From Opitutaceae bacterium (lineage in GTDB: Bacteria > Verrucomicrobiota > Verrucomicrobiia > Opitutales > Coraliomargaritaceae), in contig JBPOFY010000001.1 in assembly GCA_051252375.1 (NCBI GenBank), forward strand, positions 512,001-576,000: DNA of 64,000 nt, given 5' to 3'. A program made the position numbers and the translations under genes. Below, one piece after another: positions 28,801 to 38,403 of this stretch; the stretch's first letter is position 1; every line of letters starts with the position of its first letter. A model generated the notes under the pieces. That model searched no databases. It was not told where the DNA came from and saw only the letters and a list, made by a program, of their open reading frames with translations.

Positions 28801-30167
28801 CGGCTGACCGTGATGTAGGCCGCCATACTGATTTGCACACCAGCAGTTTGCTTTTCAACGGTGCCAGTGTTGTGGATCAGGTTGTTGTCGACTCGGCAGT
28901 GTTGCGGGTAGTTGTTGGTCTTCGGGCCACGAGTGAAATCCATGGTCTCTAGGTCGGGACCTTCGCCGATGTTGTAGTTCTCGTGCCACACGGTGTTGAT
29001 GTCGCCGACAAAAGAAACGCCACTGCCGCCCACGTTGTGAATGTAGCAGCCCTCGACGGAGCTGTCTTTGTTGTAGTGATTGAAGAAGACGGCATTGCCG
29101 CCCAGATCGCTCAACTCGCTGTCTTTGAGTGCACAGTTTTCGGTGCCTTCAAAATGCACCACGCCGCCGCGATAGATCGTCCAGTCGCTACGTAGCAAAC
29201 GATCGGCAGTCTTCATGAAGGTGCGGATCGTGCGCTTCAAAGTCAGGCCTTCGATGGAGATGTGTCGGACAGGTTCCGCTTCCGTGCCTTTGAAAACAAA
29301 GAGCTGCTCAAGAGCCGCCACTTCGACACTGGCTTGGTTTAAGTCGACGCCTGCCTTGGGATAGAAGAAGAGTTCGGAGGTGTTGCGGTTCAAATACCAC
29401 TCGCCGGCACCGTCCAGCTCTTCAAAAATGTTTTCAACGAATCGATATTCCGCGTGTTGGCTGCTGCCACGATTGTTTTGAGTGCCACCTACGAGGTTGA
29501 CTTCGTTTTCGTTCTTTTTGCCAGTTATTTGGTAGTGCACGCCGCCCCAGAGTGCTTTGTGCATGGCATGGAAATAGCCGTGTGTGGGGTCCTCCCAAGT
29601 CGCGACGCGTTCTTTTGATAAGCAATCGGCTGCGATTCCGTTAAAAGCTGGCGCATTTTCAGTGTAGTTCGGGTAGCGGGCGAGGATTTGCTGCTCTCCA
29701 TTGATAAACAGCGTCTCAAAGACCATGCCCTCGGGGACCTTCGTTTTGTAGATGCTATCGTTGTATGGCTCCCACTTTAAGTCGCTCAGGCTCACGCCGC
29801 CGAGGACTTGTGGTGTTTCGTTCTCATACGCCTTGTAGGCGATCGGTGCGTCGACCGAGCCGCTGTCTTGGGCGGTAAATACAACTGGCTCAGTCAGGTA
29901 GTATTTGCCGCCACGAAGGTAAACTGTGATCGGCTCCGATGGGTATAGGGCTTTAAACTCTCGGACCACCGCTTGCGCATGGGCAATTGTAGCGAAAGGG
30001 GCGTCTATTGTTCCGTCGCTTAGGTCACTGCCATCAGGGCTGACGTAAAAGTCTTTTGTGTTTGTTGACTGATTCGTTGGCGAACAGGCAAGCAGTGCGA
30101 AGATGCTGCAGGCAAGCAGTGCGAAGATGCCGCGCGCGGCTAGTCGAGGGCTGGATTTTGTATTCAT
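25800..30167 (-). CDS. large lipoprotein: GH141-like right-handed beta-helix, PDZ-like region, F5/8 type C (CBM32-like) module, second beta-helix domain
   Basis: lipobox LLAC; FYVSPDGSD..GTIDAPFAT; DHGAFNSWGRDR, WDIDLDDGS; AIDNDPQTFWH..LAVDMG; C-terminal parallel beta-helix-like repeats. Confidence 0.7.
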   Translation of the reverse strand: MNTKSSPRLAARGIFALLACSIFALLACSPTNQSTNTKDFYVSPDGSDLSDGTIDAPFATIAHAQAVVREFKALYPSEPITVYLRGGKYYLTEPVVFTAQDSGSVDAPIAYKAYENETPQVLGGVSLSDLKWEPYNDSIYKTKVPEGMVFETLFINGEQQILARYPNYTENAPAFNGIAADCLSKERVATWEDPTHGYFHAMHKALWGGVHYQITGKKNENEVNLVGGTQNNRGSSQHAEYRFVENIFEELDGAGEWYLNRNTSELFFYPKAGVDLNQASVEVAALEQLFVFKGTEAEPVRHISIEGLTLKRTIRTFMKTADRLLRSDWTIYRGGVVHFEGTENCALKDSELSDLGGNAVFFNHYNKDSSVEGCYIHNVGGSGVSFVGDINTVWHENYNIGEGPDLETMDFTRGPKTNNYPQHCRVDNNLIHNTGTVEKQTAGVQISMAAYITVSRNSIYDVPRAGINISEGKWGGHILEYNDVFLTVQETHDHGAFNSWGRDRYYTKNRGAAGDRVAIHGYDLVKLDMLDKIIIRNNRWRCDHGWDIDLDDGSAWYEVYNNVCLSGGIKLRDGMLRTVYNNININNSMNLHVWLKNSGDVVTNNISTHGYIPIGMREWGKLLDQNLFFQKDSLQKIQNAYGTDANSVYGDPGFADPANGDYTVTNTELAEAIGWKNFPMDQFGVQKPSLKAIAKIPEFPEIELTADEVIEGIDYMGGVIKNIENDGEKSAAGLPDFKGAKIEKGLTKGIFSVVKLQDDDVVLAMDAEAINNINDFTSKLASDKVYETMSVWRFQKLLILELPDPADCNIPMLLNKRDWKLLSFDSEAVGYEARLAIDNDPQTFWHTQFEPTEPAFPHELAVDMGQDSIIHSFEFLPRQGSSHPRIKDFELYLVADGKASDQPILKGTFKDSEDLQSFPIDKVKARYFKLKGLTGHTRNAGSVGEISFYGTCVPVTSQPQTTKAQTADSQATKVDPALQFPENPPMQWIAREAPPFPVFSENFEVRDGFTLIDNLDDFRAAIKRDGQKIRLKPGHYLAKKIDPPFTFTKLRPVQDGDQTTTQQQVFVVSGSNNHFDLRDVVISIPSSLKNKLSRKAHVSDNWRVAGANNIFEGAYFRTETDLPYTKYFSGGNLFEVVNDGNTFLNCTFHVKGCTPYGYSDYYGKGREKWTNLDKHSFMSLEDVNGTTLRGCSIYNHGFGHGIHFHKVDGVLIEDCFFTGALRPTDDIYNERVGVAKEHNYNIMYRGERPIPRGEVIPLTEDGIRTYNEVQNVVVRNTTVERHRGNSALYGVGDMTLENVRMIEAGSKSFDVTSGDKGKITVKNCYSDVAYNPVFGTGPEPAVGGFFEVTILSPADGVEFTPNSGLGNIAGIDCIFILHDGTTKPLPERINVLTCGGKQPLTNSTLTNFTPARIILEKNVTGCTIRSLGPVNDKGQNNTVIQLPRGSTAQNTSVKL

Positions 30168-30344
30168 TTTAGGGGAATGGATCTCGGGATCGCTATTTAT
30201 GGGTCAGCTTTGTCGGAATTCGGCTAAAGCGGCTGAAAAACGAGTTGTAGCTCCTGCAATAAACAAAGAAGAGACGCACGAGTGTCAATTGAATGGGAAT
30301 TTGCCCTTATTGATTGAGCAATCGTGGTGGTTTTGTGCGTAGGG

Positions 30345-30541
30345 GGTAGCGGCGATGGTCCCCATCGCCACACGTCGGAGTCGCCCATCCTGACTTGTCG
30401 CGAAACAGATGTAATGGCGGTCGGGACCCGTCGTCGCCGATGGCTATGCCGAGACACCGCGACCGCCATTACCTTTAGAATGATGCTGGTTAAGCTTTCA
30501 GCCGCCAAAGGAGGGGACGCCTAGAGGCAGGCGTCCCTATC
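30345..30541. repeat. cluster of REP-like palindromes (three types)
   Basis: ggtagcggcgatggtccccatcgcc (30345-30369); gtaatggcggtcg...cgaccgccattac (30411-30472); single family A REP (30515-30541). Confidence 0.75.
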
Positions 30542-30616
30542 TAAATACCCTCTAATGACAGTCTTTCTGCTTTTGATTTGCATGGTGTGGGATTCTCGTT
30601 TTGCTCCTCCGCTAAC

Positions 30617-31780
30617 ATGGCTAAAACGACTCGAACCGGAATAATCGCATTTGAAGACGGAACTATTTTCCGTGGCCGCGCCTTTGGTGCAGTGGCCACC
30701 AATGTGGGTGAAGCTTGCTTTAACACCAGTATGACTGGCTATCAGGAAATCCTGACAGACCCCTCATACTTCTCGCAGATCGTCACGATGACTGCGGTGC
30801 AGATCGGCAACTACGGCATCTGCCCAGACGACGTCGAGTCTGACGGCCCCAAAGTAAAGGGTTTCATCGTTCGCGAGATCAGCCCGGTTGCGAGCAACTG
30901 GCGCAGTAATGTTTCGATTCAAGATTACCTGACTGAAGCGGGCATCCCCGGCATCGAAGGGGTTGATACACGTGCGATCACTAAAAAGCTCCGCGTATCC
31001 GGTGCTTTGAAGGCTTGTATCAGCACAGAAGACATTTCCGATGAAGAAGCCGTGAAGCGTGCGCAAGAGTTTGGCGGTCTAGTGGGAGTGGACTTCGTCA
31101 AGGAGGTCACTGCGAAGGAAGCCTATGAGTGGGACCCTGAGCGCAAGCAATGCACGCCGTTCACAGTTGTGGGCACGCAGTTGTTCAGCGAGGAACGCCC
31201 TGCAAAACGCTACAAAATCGCCGCGATGGATTTCGGTGCTAAGTTTTCAATTTACCGTAAACTGCAGCATCACGGTTTTGATGTGCATGTCTTCCCTGCG
31301 AATACCTCAGCCGAAGATATCAAAGCCTTTGCTCCTGACGGAGTGTTCCTTTCCAACGGTCCCGGCGATCCAGGTGCAGTCACTTATGCGCATGAAACTG
31401 TTAAGGAACTGATTCAAGACTACCCTACCTTTGGTATTTGTCTCGGTCACCAAATCATCACGCATGCTTTGGGCGCGAAAACATTTAAGCTCAAGTTCGG
31501 TCACCGTGGCGGCAACCAGCCAGTGAAGAATCTTGAAACCGGTAAGGTCTCGATCACCGCACAAAACCACGGATTTGCTTCCACTCGCGAAGAGTTGGAA
31601 AAAGCCGGAGCCATCGTCACCGAAATCAATTTGAACGACGACACTGTTGAAGGTCTGCGCGTGAAAGATAAGCCAGTCTTTTCGGTCCAGTATCACCCGG
31701 AAGCTGCACCCGGTCCGAACGATGCCGACGCGCTCTTCGTTGACTTCTACAATATGGTCGCCGAGCACGCGGGTAAGTAA
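30617..31780 (+). CDS. carA: carbamoyl-phosphate synthase small subunit
   Basis: [46 protein letters not shown]. Confidence 0.97.
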   Translation: MAKTTRTGIIAFEDGTIFRGRAFGAVATNVGEACFNTSMTGYQEILTDPSYFSQIVTMTAVQIGNYGICPDDVESDGPKVKGFIVREISPVASNWRSNVSIQDYLTEAGIPGIEGVDTRAITKKLRVSGALKACISTEDISDEEAVKRAQEFGGLVGVDFVKEVTAKEAYEWDPERKQCTPFTVVGTQLFSEERPAKRYKIAAMDFGAKFSIYRKLQHHGFDVHVFPANTSAEDIKAFAPDGVFLSNGPGDPGAVTYAHETVKELIQDYPTFGICLGHQIITHALGAKTFKLKFGHRGGNQPVKNLETGKVSITAQNHGFASTREELEKAGAIVTEINLNDDTVEGLRVKDKPVFSVQYHPEAAPGPNDADALFVDFYNMVAEHAGK

Positions 31781-31807
31781 TCCTTCGCTTGTTTAAATGT
31801 AACTTTT

Positions 31808-31841
31808 CAAACGCCTCTCAATTTATGGGAGGCGTTTTTTG
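31808..31841 (+). terminator. intrinsic terminator after carA
   Basis: aaacgcctc-tcaatttatgg-gaggcgttttttg. Confidence 0.75.
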
Positions 31842-31851
31842 TTAAACCCAG

Positions 31852-32667
31852 ATGTGTGCCATTCAACAATTGATACGCCAAAGCCTTTTGACCGGACCTT
31901 TGCTCGTCGGCGATTTGTCTGAAGCGGCTGTATTGGATCGATCGCTCTTTGGTGAAGTGGAACCGGAGCGGACGCTCAACTTTAATCAAAAGTTAGGGCA
32001 TCTGTATGAAGACGCCTTAGAGCAATTATTGGATGCATCTAATTCATTGGAGCGCTTGGCTTCGCATATGCAAATTATTGACGACGCCAAGGTGACACTT
32101 GGAGAGCTCGACTTTGTTATCTACGATAAGCTGGCCGAAACGCATATCCACTTGGAGTTGGCGGTGAAGTTTTATCTCGCAGTCGAAACCTCAAATGGCT
32201 GGGAGTTCCCCGGACCTGATCCACGCGATAATTGGCAACGAAAGTTAGATCGTATGCGCACGCATCAGTTTGTGCTGGGGCAGCATCCTACTGCGCGCCA
32301 TCAACTGAAAGAGCGCTTTGGTATTGAGCGTATCAAAGCACGACAGCTGATCTACGGATGCATCTTTTTACCGATGGAATGCGAGGCGGTTCCTCTGCCG
32401 GATTCGATTGCTACGAATGCCCGCAAAGGTCGTTGGCTATACGCGAGTGAGTGGAATAAATTCTTCTCGGAAGTCGAAGAAGTTTTGCACGTCCCAAAAG
32501 TGCTTTGGCCTGTCGAGTTGGTTTCGGAGGTGCAGGCGTCATTAGAGACGATCGATATTGGCAAACTTCATTCGTTGTCGAAAGAGCATTGCACGATGTT
32601 TGTTCTGCCTGGTTCGGTTGAGCCGCGGTTTCTTGTTCCGGACAATTGGTTGGAGGTCGTGAGTTAG
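31852..32667 (+). CDS. DUF1853 family protein
   Basis: KLGHLYE, TLGELDF, HLELAVKFYL, GPDPRD. Confidence 0.8.
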   Translation: MCAIQQLIRQSLLTGPLLVGDLSEAAVLDRSLFGEVEPERTLNFNQKLGHLYEDALEQLLDASNSLERLASHMQIIDDAKVTLGELDFVIYDKLAETHIHLELAVKFYLAVETSNGWEFPGPDPRDNWQRKLDRMRTHQFVLGQHPTARHQLKERFGIERIKARQLIYGCIFLPMECEAVPLPDSIATNARKGRWLYASEWNKFFSEVEEVLHVPKVLWPVELVSEVQASLETIDIGKLHSLSKEHCTMFVLPGSVEPRFLVPDNWLEVVS

Positions 32668-33101
32668 TCGTTACTCACAGGCATATCCATTGGTGGCTGA
32701 ACGCACATAACGCCCAACATCATTTCGATTTCCTCAATCTCTGGAATAACTACAGGGGCGGTGTTCTCTGGTGCTTTCGCTTCTTCTGAGGGAGTTGTGG
32801 TCGAGCAGGCTGCCAGCATTGCTGAAGCTGTAGCGAGCGCCGCGGTCGATGCGATACGTTTTTTATAAGTGTTAATCGTATTTCTGTCAGTGACCAATTC
32901 GCCGTTCAGGCTTTTGTAATAAGCAACGCAAGTCCGCTCTGTTTTGGCTTGTTTCAAAAGTGCCTCACGCTTCGAATCCGACATCTCAGAGATGTTATGG
33001 ACGCTGCGGTTGCATTGTTCGCAAAATCGAATGGAGGCGTTGCCATCCATGGCATCCCAGTTCATGGGGCAAGAGAAAGAGAGTTTTGGGGTAGGCGTCA
33101 T
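32664..33101 (-). CDS. small Cys-rich hypothetical protein
   Basis: CPMNWDAM...RFCEQCNRSVHN followed by a hydrophobic segment ending in LAAC. Confidence 0.65.
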   Translation of the reverse strand: MTPTPKLSFSCPMNWDAMDGNASIRFCEQCNRSVHNISEMSDSKREALLKQAKTERTCVAYYKSLNGELVTDRNTINTYKKRIASTAALATASAMLAACSTTTPSEEAKAPENTAPVVIPEIEEIEMMLGVMCVQPPMDMPVSND

Positions 33102-33198
33102 ATATATAAGACGTCCGAGAGGCTTCTTTGTTAGAAACTTTCTGTTCTAATTGGATTGTGGGATCTTATGAAGAGTGAGGTGAGCATGTCTAAGGATT

Positions 33199-33260
33199 GG
33201 TAGGGACGTCTGCCCTCAGACGTCCGCCCCCTTGGACGCCTGAGGGCAGGCGTCCCTACC
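33199..33260. repeat. REP doublet (family A) upstream of RAYT1
   Basis: ggtagggacgtctgccctcagacgtcc...ggacgcctgagggcaggcgtccctacc. Confidence 0.93.
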
Positions 33261-33302
33261 TTGTGGATTGACTATAGATCATATATTAGTCACGTATTTG
33301 GG

Positions 33303-33791
33303 GTGAGTGATTTCCCTGAAAGAAAGTGGTTGAGCCATGCTACACCCTCTTGGGTAAGTTCAAGTAATGAGCGTTTCTTTTTGACTATTTGTTGTGCTGA
33401 GCGTGGTCGGGAGCAGCTGACATTGCAGGGTATTTCTGATTCTATTCTGGAATCGGTGAGATATGGTCATCAACGTGGAGACTGGTGGATGCATTTATGT
33501 GTATTGATGCCTGATCATATGCATTGCGTTGTATCTTTTCCTGAGATGAAAGGAGGCATGACTGCTGCTATTTCAAACTGGAAACGATTGATGGCGCGTA
33601 GGCTAGGGATCAAATGGCAGAAGGGATTCTTCGACCATCGTTTGAGAACAGATGAGGCATTTGACGAGAAGGCTGCGTATGTAAGATTAAATCCAGTTCG
33701 GGCTGGCTTATGCGAGAGACCTATAGATTGGCCTCACATATGGAGTGTTGGTGGGTCTGTATTTGGCTCAGTTGATATCGCCGAAGACTAA
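33303..33791 (+). CDS. REP-associated tyrosine transposase (RAYT, HUH/Y1 family), copy 1
   Basis: FFLTIC, MPDHMH (HUH), WQKGFFDHRLR, YVRLNPVRAGL; REP doublets on both sides; start uncertain (GTG 33303). Confidence 0.92.
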   Translation: MSDFPERKWLSHATPSWVSSSNERFFLTICCAERGREQLTLQGISDSILESVRYGHQRGDWWMHLCVLMPDHMHCVVSFPEMKGGMTAAISNWKRLMARRLGIKWQKGFFDHRLRTDEAFDEKAAYVRLNPVRAGLCERPIDWPHIWSVGGSVFGSVDIAED

Positions 33792-33799
33792 TTGTATTT

Positions 33800-33875
33800 G
33801 GTAGGGACGTCTGCCCTCAGACGTCCGTCCGTTGGGGCTTTGCTCGGCGGACGCCTGAGGGCAGGCGTCCCTACC
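33800..33875. repeat. REP doublet (family A) downstream of RAYT1
   Basis: arms identical to 33199-33260; overlaps the stop codon of the convergent oxidase gene. Confidence 0.93.
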
Positions 33876-36813
33876 TGTTTTTTAGTGCCGCATGCAAAAT
33901 TTCAATGGGGTGCTGGGCTTTCTTTTGTGTGCCGTCTTTGATCTGATGTCGGCAACTAGTTCCGGTTGCTGCGATAATTGTATCCGCATTTTCACTACGG
34001 ATGGATGGCAGTAGCACAAGCTCGCCGATCTGCATGGAAAGGGCGAAGTGCTCTTTCTCGTAGCCGAAGGAGCCAGCCATGCCGCAACAGCCGCTGGGAA
34101 TTTGAGTGGCTGTGTGGTTCTTCGGCAGGTTGAGCGCCGCCATGCTGCCGCTGGTTCCAACCAGTGCTTTTTGGAAACAGTGCCCGTGGAGTTTGATTGT
34201 TTTCGGCTCGTCCGTGAAAGCGTCTTCGGTGATGCGTCCTGCTTTGGCTTCGCGGGCGATGAAGTCGTCGATGAGATAGCAATTGTTGGCGAGGGCTTTT
34301 GCAGTTTCTTTAAACTCGGGTTCAGCAAGATCGATGGCTTCGTCTTTAAATGTGAGGATGCTTGCTGGTTCGATGCCGACGAGTGGGCGGTCTGCGGTGA
34401 CTTTGCCTTGTAGCTTTTGAAAGTTGGCATTGATCAATGCTTTGGCTTCACGGACCAGTCCTTTCGATAGGGCGGAGCGCGCGCTTTCGCCATGCTCCGG
34501 AATCTCGACACTGTAGCCGAGTTGCTCTAAGAGTCCGACCGCCTTGATGCCGATATGGACATCGTTAAAATTTGTGTATTCATCATTGAACAGCCAGACG
34601 GGTCCGACGGTTCCTGCATTTGTGTGTGGCGTGTGTTTTTTGAACCAAACGGCAAACGTGGTCTTTGGTAAAAGAGGAATGCTGCGCTGTGGATGAAAGC
34701 CGATCAGTCGGTTGAACAATTTGCGTAGAATCGGTGTGCCGAAGCAGAAGTTCCAAAGCCATGGTGCGCGGGCGGCGATGGCTTGATTGCTTGCAAATCC
34801 AGCGATCAATCGCGAGCGCATGGGCACGCCGTTGGCATCGTAATAATGCTGCATGAACTCAGCCTTGAGTTTTGCCATGTCCACGGTGGAGGGGCATTCC
34901 TTTTTGCAACCTTTACAAGAGAGGCATAGGTCGAGCACCTCTTTGACGTCGGGATTGTCGAAGACGCTTGCTGCGCCCTTGGGTCCTTCGGTGAGTGCTT
35001 GGCGTAGCATGTTGGCGCGAGCACGGGTGGTGTCTTTCTCGTTACGCGTCGCCATGTAGCTGGGGCACATCGTGCCGCCAGTAAGTTGTGTTTTGCGACA
35101 GTCGCCGGAGCCGTTGCACATCTCGGCGGCGCCGAGCATCCCTTTGGTCGATGACCAATCAAAAACAGTGGTTGGCTCGTTCACAGTGTGTCCGGGGGCG
35201 AAGCGTAGCGAAGAGTTCATCGGTGGCGTGTCGACGATTTTGCCAGGATTGAAAATGCCTTTTGGGTCCCAGCTTTGTTTCACTTGTTTGATTAGCGCGT
35301 AATTTTTTGAGCCGATCATTCGCTCTAGAAATTCACCGCGTAAGCGGCCGTCGCCATGTTCGCCGGAGAGCGATCCTTTGTATTCTTTAACAAGCTCCGC
35401 GACGGTTTGTCCGACTTCGCGAAACATGCGGTTTCCTTCTTCGGTCTTTAAATTGATTATCGGGCGCAGGTGTATTTCGCCGGATCCGGCATGTGCGTAG
35501 TGCACGCAATCCAGTCCGAATCGTTCTTTAAGGCGTCGGTTGAATTCAGCAATATATTCGGGCAGGTCGGCGACACGGACTGCGGTGTCTTCCACGACGG
35601 GAACTGGTTTCGCATCGTCCGGAATATTGGAGAGGAGTCCGAGCCCCGCTTTGCGCAGGTCCCAGATTTTGGTGCTGTCCGCGCCAAAGAGCAAAGGGTA
35701 GGCGTAGCCGAGTTTGGCAGCACGCATGTCCGCTTCGATCTGGTCGGTGATTTGTCGGACCTCGACTTCACTCTGTCCGCGTATCTCAGTAACGAGCACA
35801 GCTCCAGGTGTCCCCTTGATAAAGAACCGATTGGCGCGGTGCTCGATGCTGCGCTCGGTGCATTCAAGTAAGTAGTGGTCGATCAGCTCTACGGCATAGC
35901 AATCGTAGCGCACCGCGATTTGCGTGGCTCGAAGCGCCTCATCGACATTGTTGAAATGCGCGCATTGCAAGCCGCACACAGGTGGCGGCAATGGTTCACA
36001 ATTCAATTTGATTTCGGTGATGAAGCAGAGCGTGCCTTCGCTACCGGCGATGAGTTTACCAAAGTGAAAAGGTTTTGCTGACTCCGAGTCGAGCGCTTCG
36101 GCATCCATCAGTAGATCGATTGCGTAACCAGTGTTCCGCCGCGGGATGTCAGGGTGGGGGAACTCTTTGCGAATTTCTTCCCGCGTCTCAGAGTCGCTCA
36201 GCATGTCGCGGATGTCGCGGTAGAGTTGTGTCTCGAGGCATTTAGGTTCGTTGCACTTGGCTTCGAATTCGTCCTTCGACAGTGAGCCAAAGACAGCTGT
36301 CGAACCATCGGCAAGCAGAGCCGTGACTTCGATGACATGCTCGCGGGTGCTCCTGTATTTTAGTGAATTGGAGCCACATGAGTTATTGCCCAGCATGCCG
36401 CCCATCATGGCGCGATTCTGGGTGGAGGTCTCGGGCCCGAAGAGTAGACCGTGCGGCTCCAGAGCCATGTTGAGTTCATTTCGGATCACGCCTGGCTGAA
36501 CCCGCACCCAATTTGCTTCGGCATTGATCTCCAAAATTTTGGTGAAGCTGCGCGAGACATCGACGACGATGCCAGAGCCCACGACTTGCCCTGCCAGTGA
36601 AGTGCCTGCAGTTCGAGGAATGAGCCCGACACCGTGAGTATTGGCGAAATTGATCAGTGCGCGTAGGTCATCGACGTCTTTAGGAAACGCTACAGCCGCC
36701 GGCAACGCTTGGTAGGCCGATGCATCCGTGGCATATACCTGGCGCATGAGTTCGCCATCGTGCAGCTCGCCGTGGAGCTGGGTTCTGAGCTCGTTAAAGG
36801 GGTAGGTCTTCAC
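33871..36813 (-). CDS. FAD-binding and Fe-S-binding oxidoreductase (GlcD/Dld-like fusion)
   Basis: YATDASAY, SGEHGDGR, CNGSGDC, CLSCKGCKKECP, CCGMAGSFG. Confidence 0.9.
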   Translation of the reverse strand: MKTYPFNELRTQLHGELHDGELMRQVYATDASAYQALPAAVAFPKDVDDLRALINFANTHGVGLIPRTAGTSLAGQVVGSGIVVDVSRSFTKILEINAEANWVRVQPGVIRNELNMALEPHGLLFGPETSTQNRAMMGGMLGNNSCGSNSLKYRSTREHVIEVTALLADGSTAVFGSLSKDEFEAKCNEPKCLETQLYRDIRDMLSDSETREEIRKEFPHPDIPRRNTGYAIDLLMDAEALDSESAKPFHFGKLIAGSEGTLCFITEIKLNCEPLPPPVCGLQCAHFNNVDEALRATQIAVRYDCYAVELIDHYLLECTERSIEHRANRFFIKGTPGAVLVTEIRGQSEVEVRQITDQIEADMRAAKLGYAYPLLFGADSTKIWDLRKAGLGLLSNIPDDAKPVPVVEDTAVRVADLPEYIAEFNRRLKERFGLDCVHYAHAGSGEIHLRPIINLKTEEGNRMFREVGQTVAELVKEYKGSLSGEHGDGRLRGEFLERMIGSKNYALIKQVKQSWDPKGIFNPGKIVDTPPMNSSLRFAPGHTVNEPTTVFDWSSTKGMLGAAEMCNGSGDCRKTQLTGGTMCPSYMATRNEKDTTRARANMLRQALTEGPKGAASVFDNPDVKEVLDLCLSCKGCKKECPSTVDMAKLKAEFMQHYYDANGVPMRSRLIAGFASNQAIAARAPWLWNFCFGTPILRKLFNRLIGFHPQRSIPLLPKTTFAVWFKKHTPHTNAGTVGPVWLFNDEYTNFNDVHIGIKAVGLLEQLGYSVEIPEHGESARSALSKGLVREAKALINANFQKLQGKVTADRPLVGIEPASILTFKDEAIDLAEPEFKETAKALANNCYLIDDFIAREAKAGRITEDAFTDEPKTIKLHGHCFQKALVGTSGSMAALNLPKNHTATQIPSGCCGMAGSFGYEKEHFALSMQIGELVLLPSIRSENADTIIAATGTSCRHQIKDGTQKKAQHPIEILHAALKNR

Positions 36814-36831
36814 GGAAGTTTTTAAATCAAT

Positions 36832-38403
36832 CTAACTATTAAGATTCAAGTCCACCCAATCGATAAAGTGTTTTGCGGAGGCATCGGCTGATCGGACCGG
36901 GTGACCGCCTGCGGCTTCGACCATGTCAGCTTCGTGCGGTTCAAAGGTGCGCACGAGGACCTTAGGTTTTTCACCTTCTAAATACTGTAGGGCAACCTCG
37001 GCGTCTCGAGTGCGGCGCATAGAACAGAAGACGACGCTTGCTTGTTTGGAATTCGTTAACTTCAGGGTGTGCTCGTCAGAGCCATCTGCTTGGATACAAG
37101 TGATGCCCTCATGGATGAGCTTTCGGATAACCGCGGCGTCATCATCCACCACGACGATCTGTATGTTATGCTCTTTTAAAGATTTAACAGTTCTGGCACC
37201 AGCACGTCCATAGCCGAGTAGCACGGCGTGGTCGACCATGCTTTCGCAGCCTGATTCGCCGCGTCGATAGCGTGGGTGCAACTTCATTAAAGTCCAAGCC
37301 ACCTTCTCGCGTGAGAAGAACGGTGTGATTGTCATCGTGCTCACGGTGATGACTGCGATCATGGAAAAGAGCTCGGCCGAGATCTGACCTGAAGACACGC
37401 CTGTCAGCGCGAGTATCAGCGAAAATTCGCTGGTTTGTGAAAGCAGCACGCCGGTTTCAATGGAAGCGCGAGTGGAATATCCGACAGCTTCTGCAACGAT
37501 CGAGACGAGTATCACCGTAACGAGCACGAGCACGAAAATGAAGATCAGGCTGTGCCCCCACATCTCGGGGCTAGGTAGTGTTAATACCGCGCCGATACTG
37601 ATGAAAAAGAGCGCGAGGAAGAAGCCCGACAGTGAGCCAAGCATGCCGCGGACTAGCCCATTCATGGGAAATGCCGACAACGAGAAGCCAGCAAGGAAGG
37701 CGCCAACAATGAAGGGTAGCTCTAACAGGTAAGCCATGCCGGAGAAGGCGAACAATACTCCGAGCGCACCGAGCATGAGTTCTTCGTCATCGAGGTGGAG
37801 GCGTTTGGTGACCCAAGGCACGAACCACTTGTGCACGGCAACTGCGAGAAAGCCTAGTGCGATGGCATTGGCCACGCCGTTGATACTGGCGAGTGCGCCG
37901 TCGGGCGATTTCAGCAAGGCCACCATCAGGATGATAATGAAAATGTCCTGTAAGAGTAGCACGCCGAGCACAAGGCGTCCGAACGGCTCAAACATTTGGC
38001 GACGTTTCTGCAAGTGTCGAACCACGACCAAAGTGGAACTAGCGGAGAGTGCGCAGCCTAGGTAGAGCGAGGTGGTTAAATCGTAACCAAGAAGCATCGC
38101 AGTGAAGACGCCAGCAGCTCCGAGCGCGGTGAACTGGCTGACCGCGACAATGACGATTGACCGAGTCCGCCCTCGCATACGACGTGGGCTCAGGTCCACG
38201 CCGGCAGTGAAGACGAGCACCGCCAAACCGATTTCGATCATTTCGCTGACCAATTCCTCAGGCACTTCGATTTCGAATTGATGCGCCAATGCCCGCAGTC
38301 CAACACCGGAGAGCATCAGCAATGGGATCGGCGGCAAGTGGAAGAGCTTCGAGATGCCAAAAGCAATCGCCGCAGCGACCAATAGAATTGCGAGACCGGT
38401 CAT
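36832..38403 (-). CDS. CPA2 cation:proton antiporter with TrkA-N domain
   Basis: multiple TM helices, SSTLVV, LLLQD, GAFLAG, SEFS, LGYGRAG. Confidence 0.88.
   Translation of the reverse strand: MTGLAILLVAAAIAFGISKLFHLPPIPLLMLSGVGLRALAHQFEIEVPEELVSEMIEIGLAVLVFTAGVDLSPRRMRGRTRSIVIVAVSQFTALGAAGVFTAMLLGYDLTTSLYLGCALSASSTLVVVRHLQKRRQMFEPFGRLVLGVLLLQDIFIIILMVALLKSPDGALASINGVANAIALGFLAVAVHKWFVPWVTKRLHLDDEELMLGALGVLFAFSGMAYLLELPFIVGAFLAGFSLSAFPMNGLVRGMLGSLSGFFLALFFISIGAVLTLPSPEMWGHSLIFIFVLVLVTVILVSIVAEAVGYSTRASIETGVLLSQTSEFSLILALTGVSSGQISAELFSMIAVITVSTMTITPFFSREKVAWTLMKLHPRYRRGESGCESMVDHAVLLGYGRAGARTVKSLKEHNIQIVVVDDDAAVIRKLIHEGITCIQADGSDEHTLKLTNSKQASVVFCSMRRTRDAEVALQYLEGEKPKVLVRTFEPHEADMVEAAGGHPVRSADASAKHFIDWVDLNLNS

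Noticed and set aside
33303..33791. IS200/IS605 element with TnpB
   Set aside because: There is no tnpB or iscB neighbour, and the flanks are multi-copy REP doublets, which fits a RAYT.
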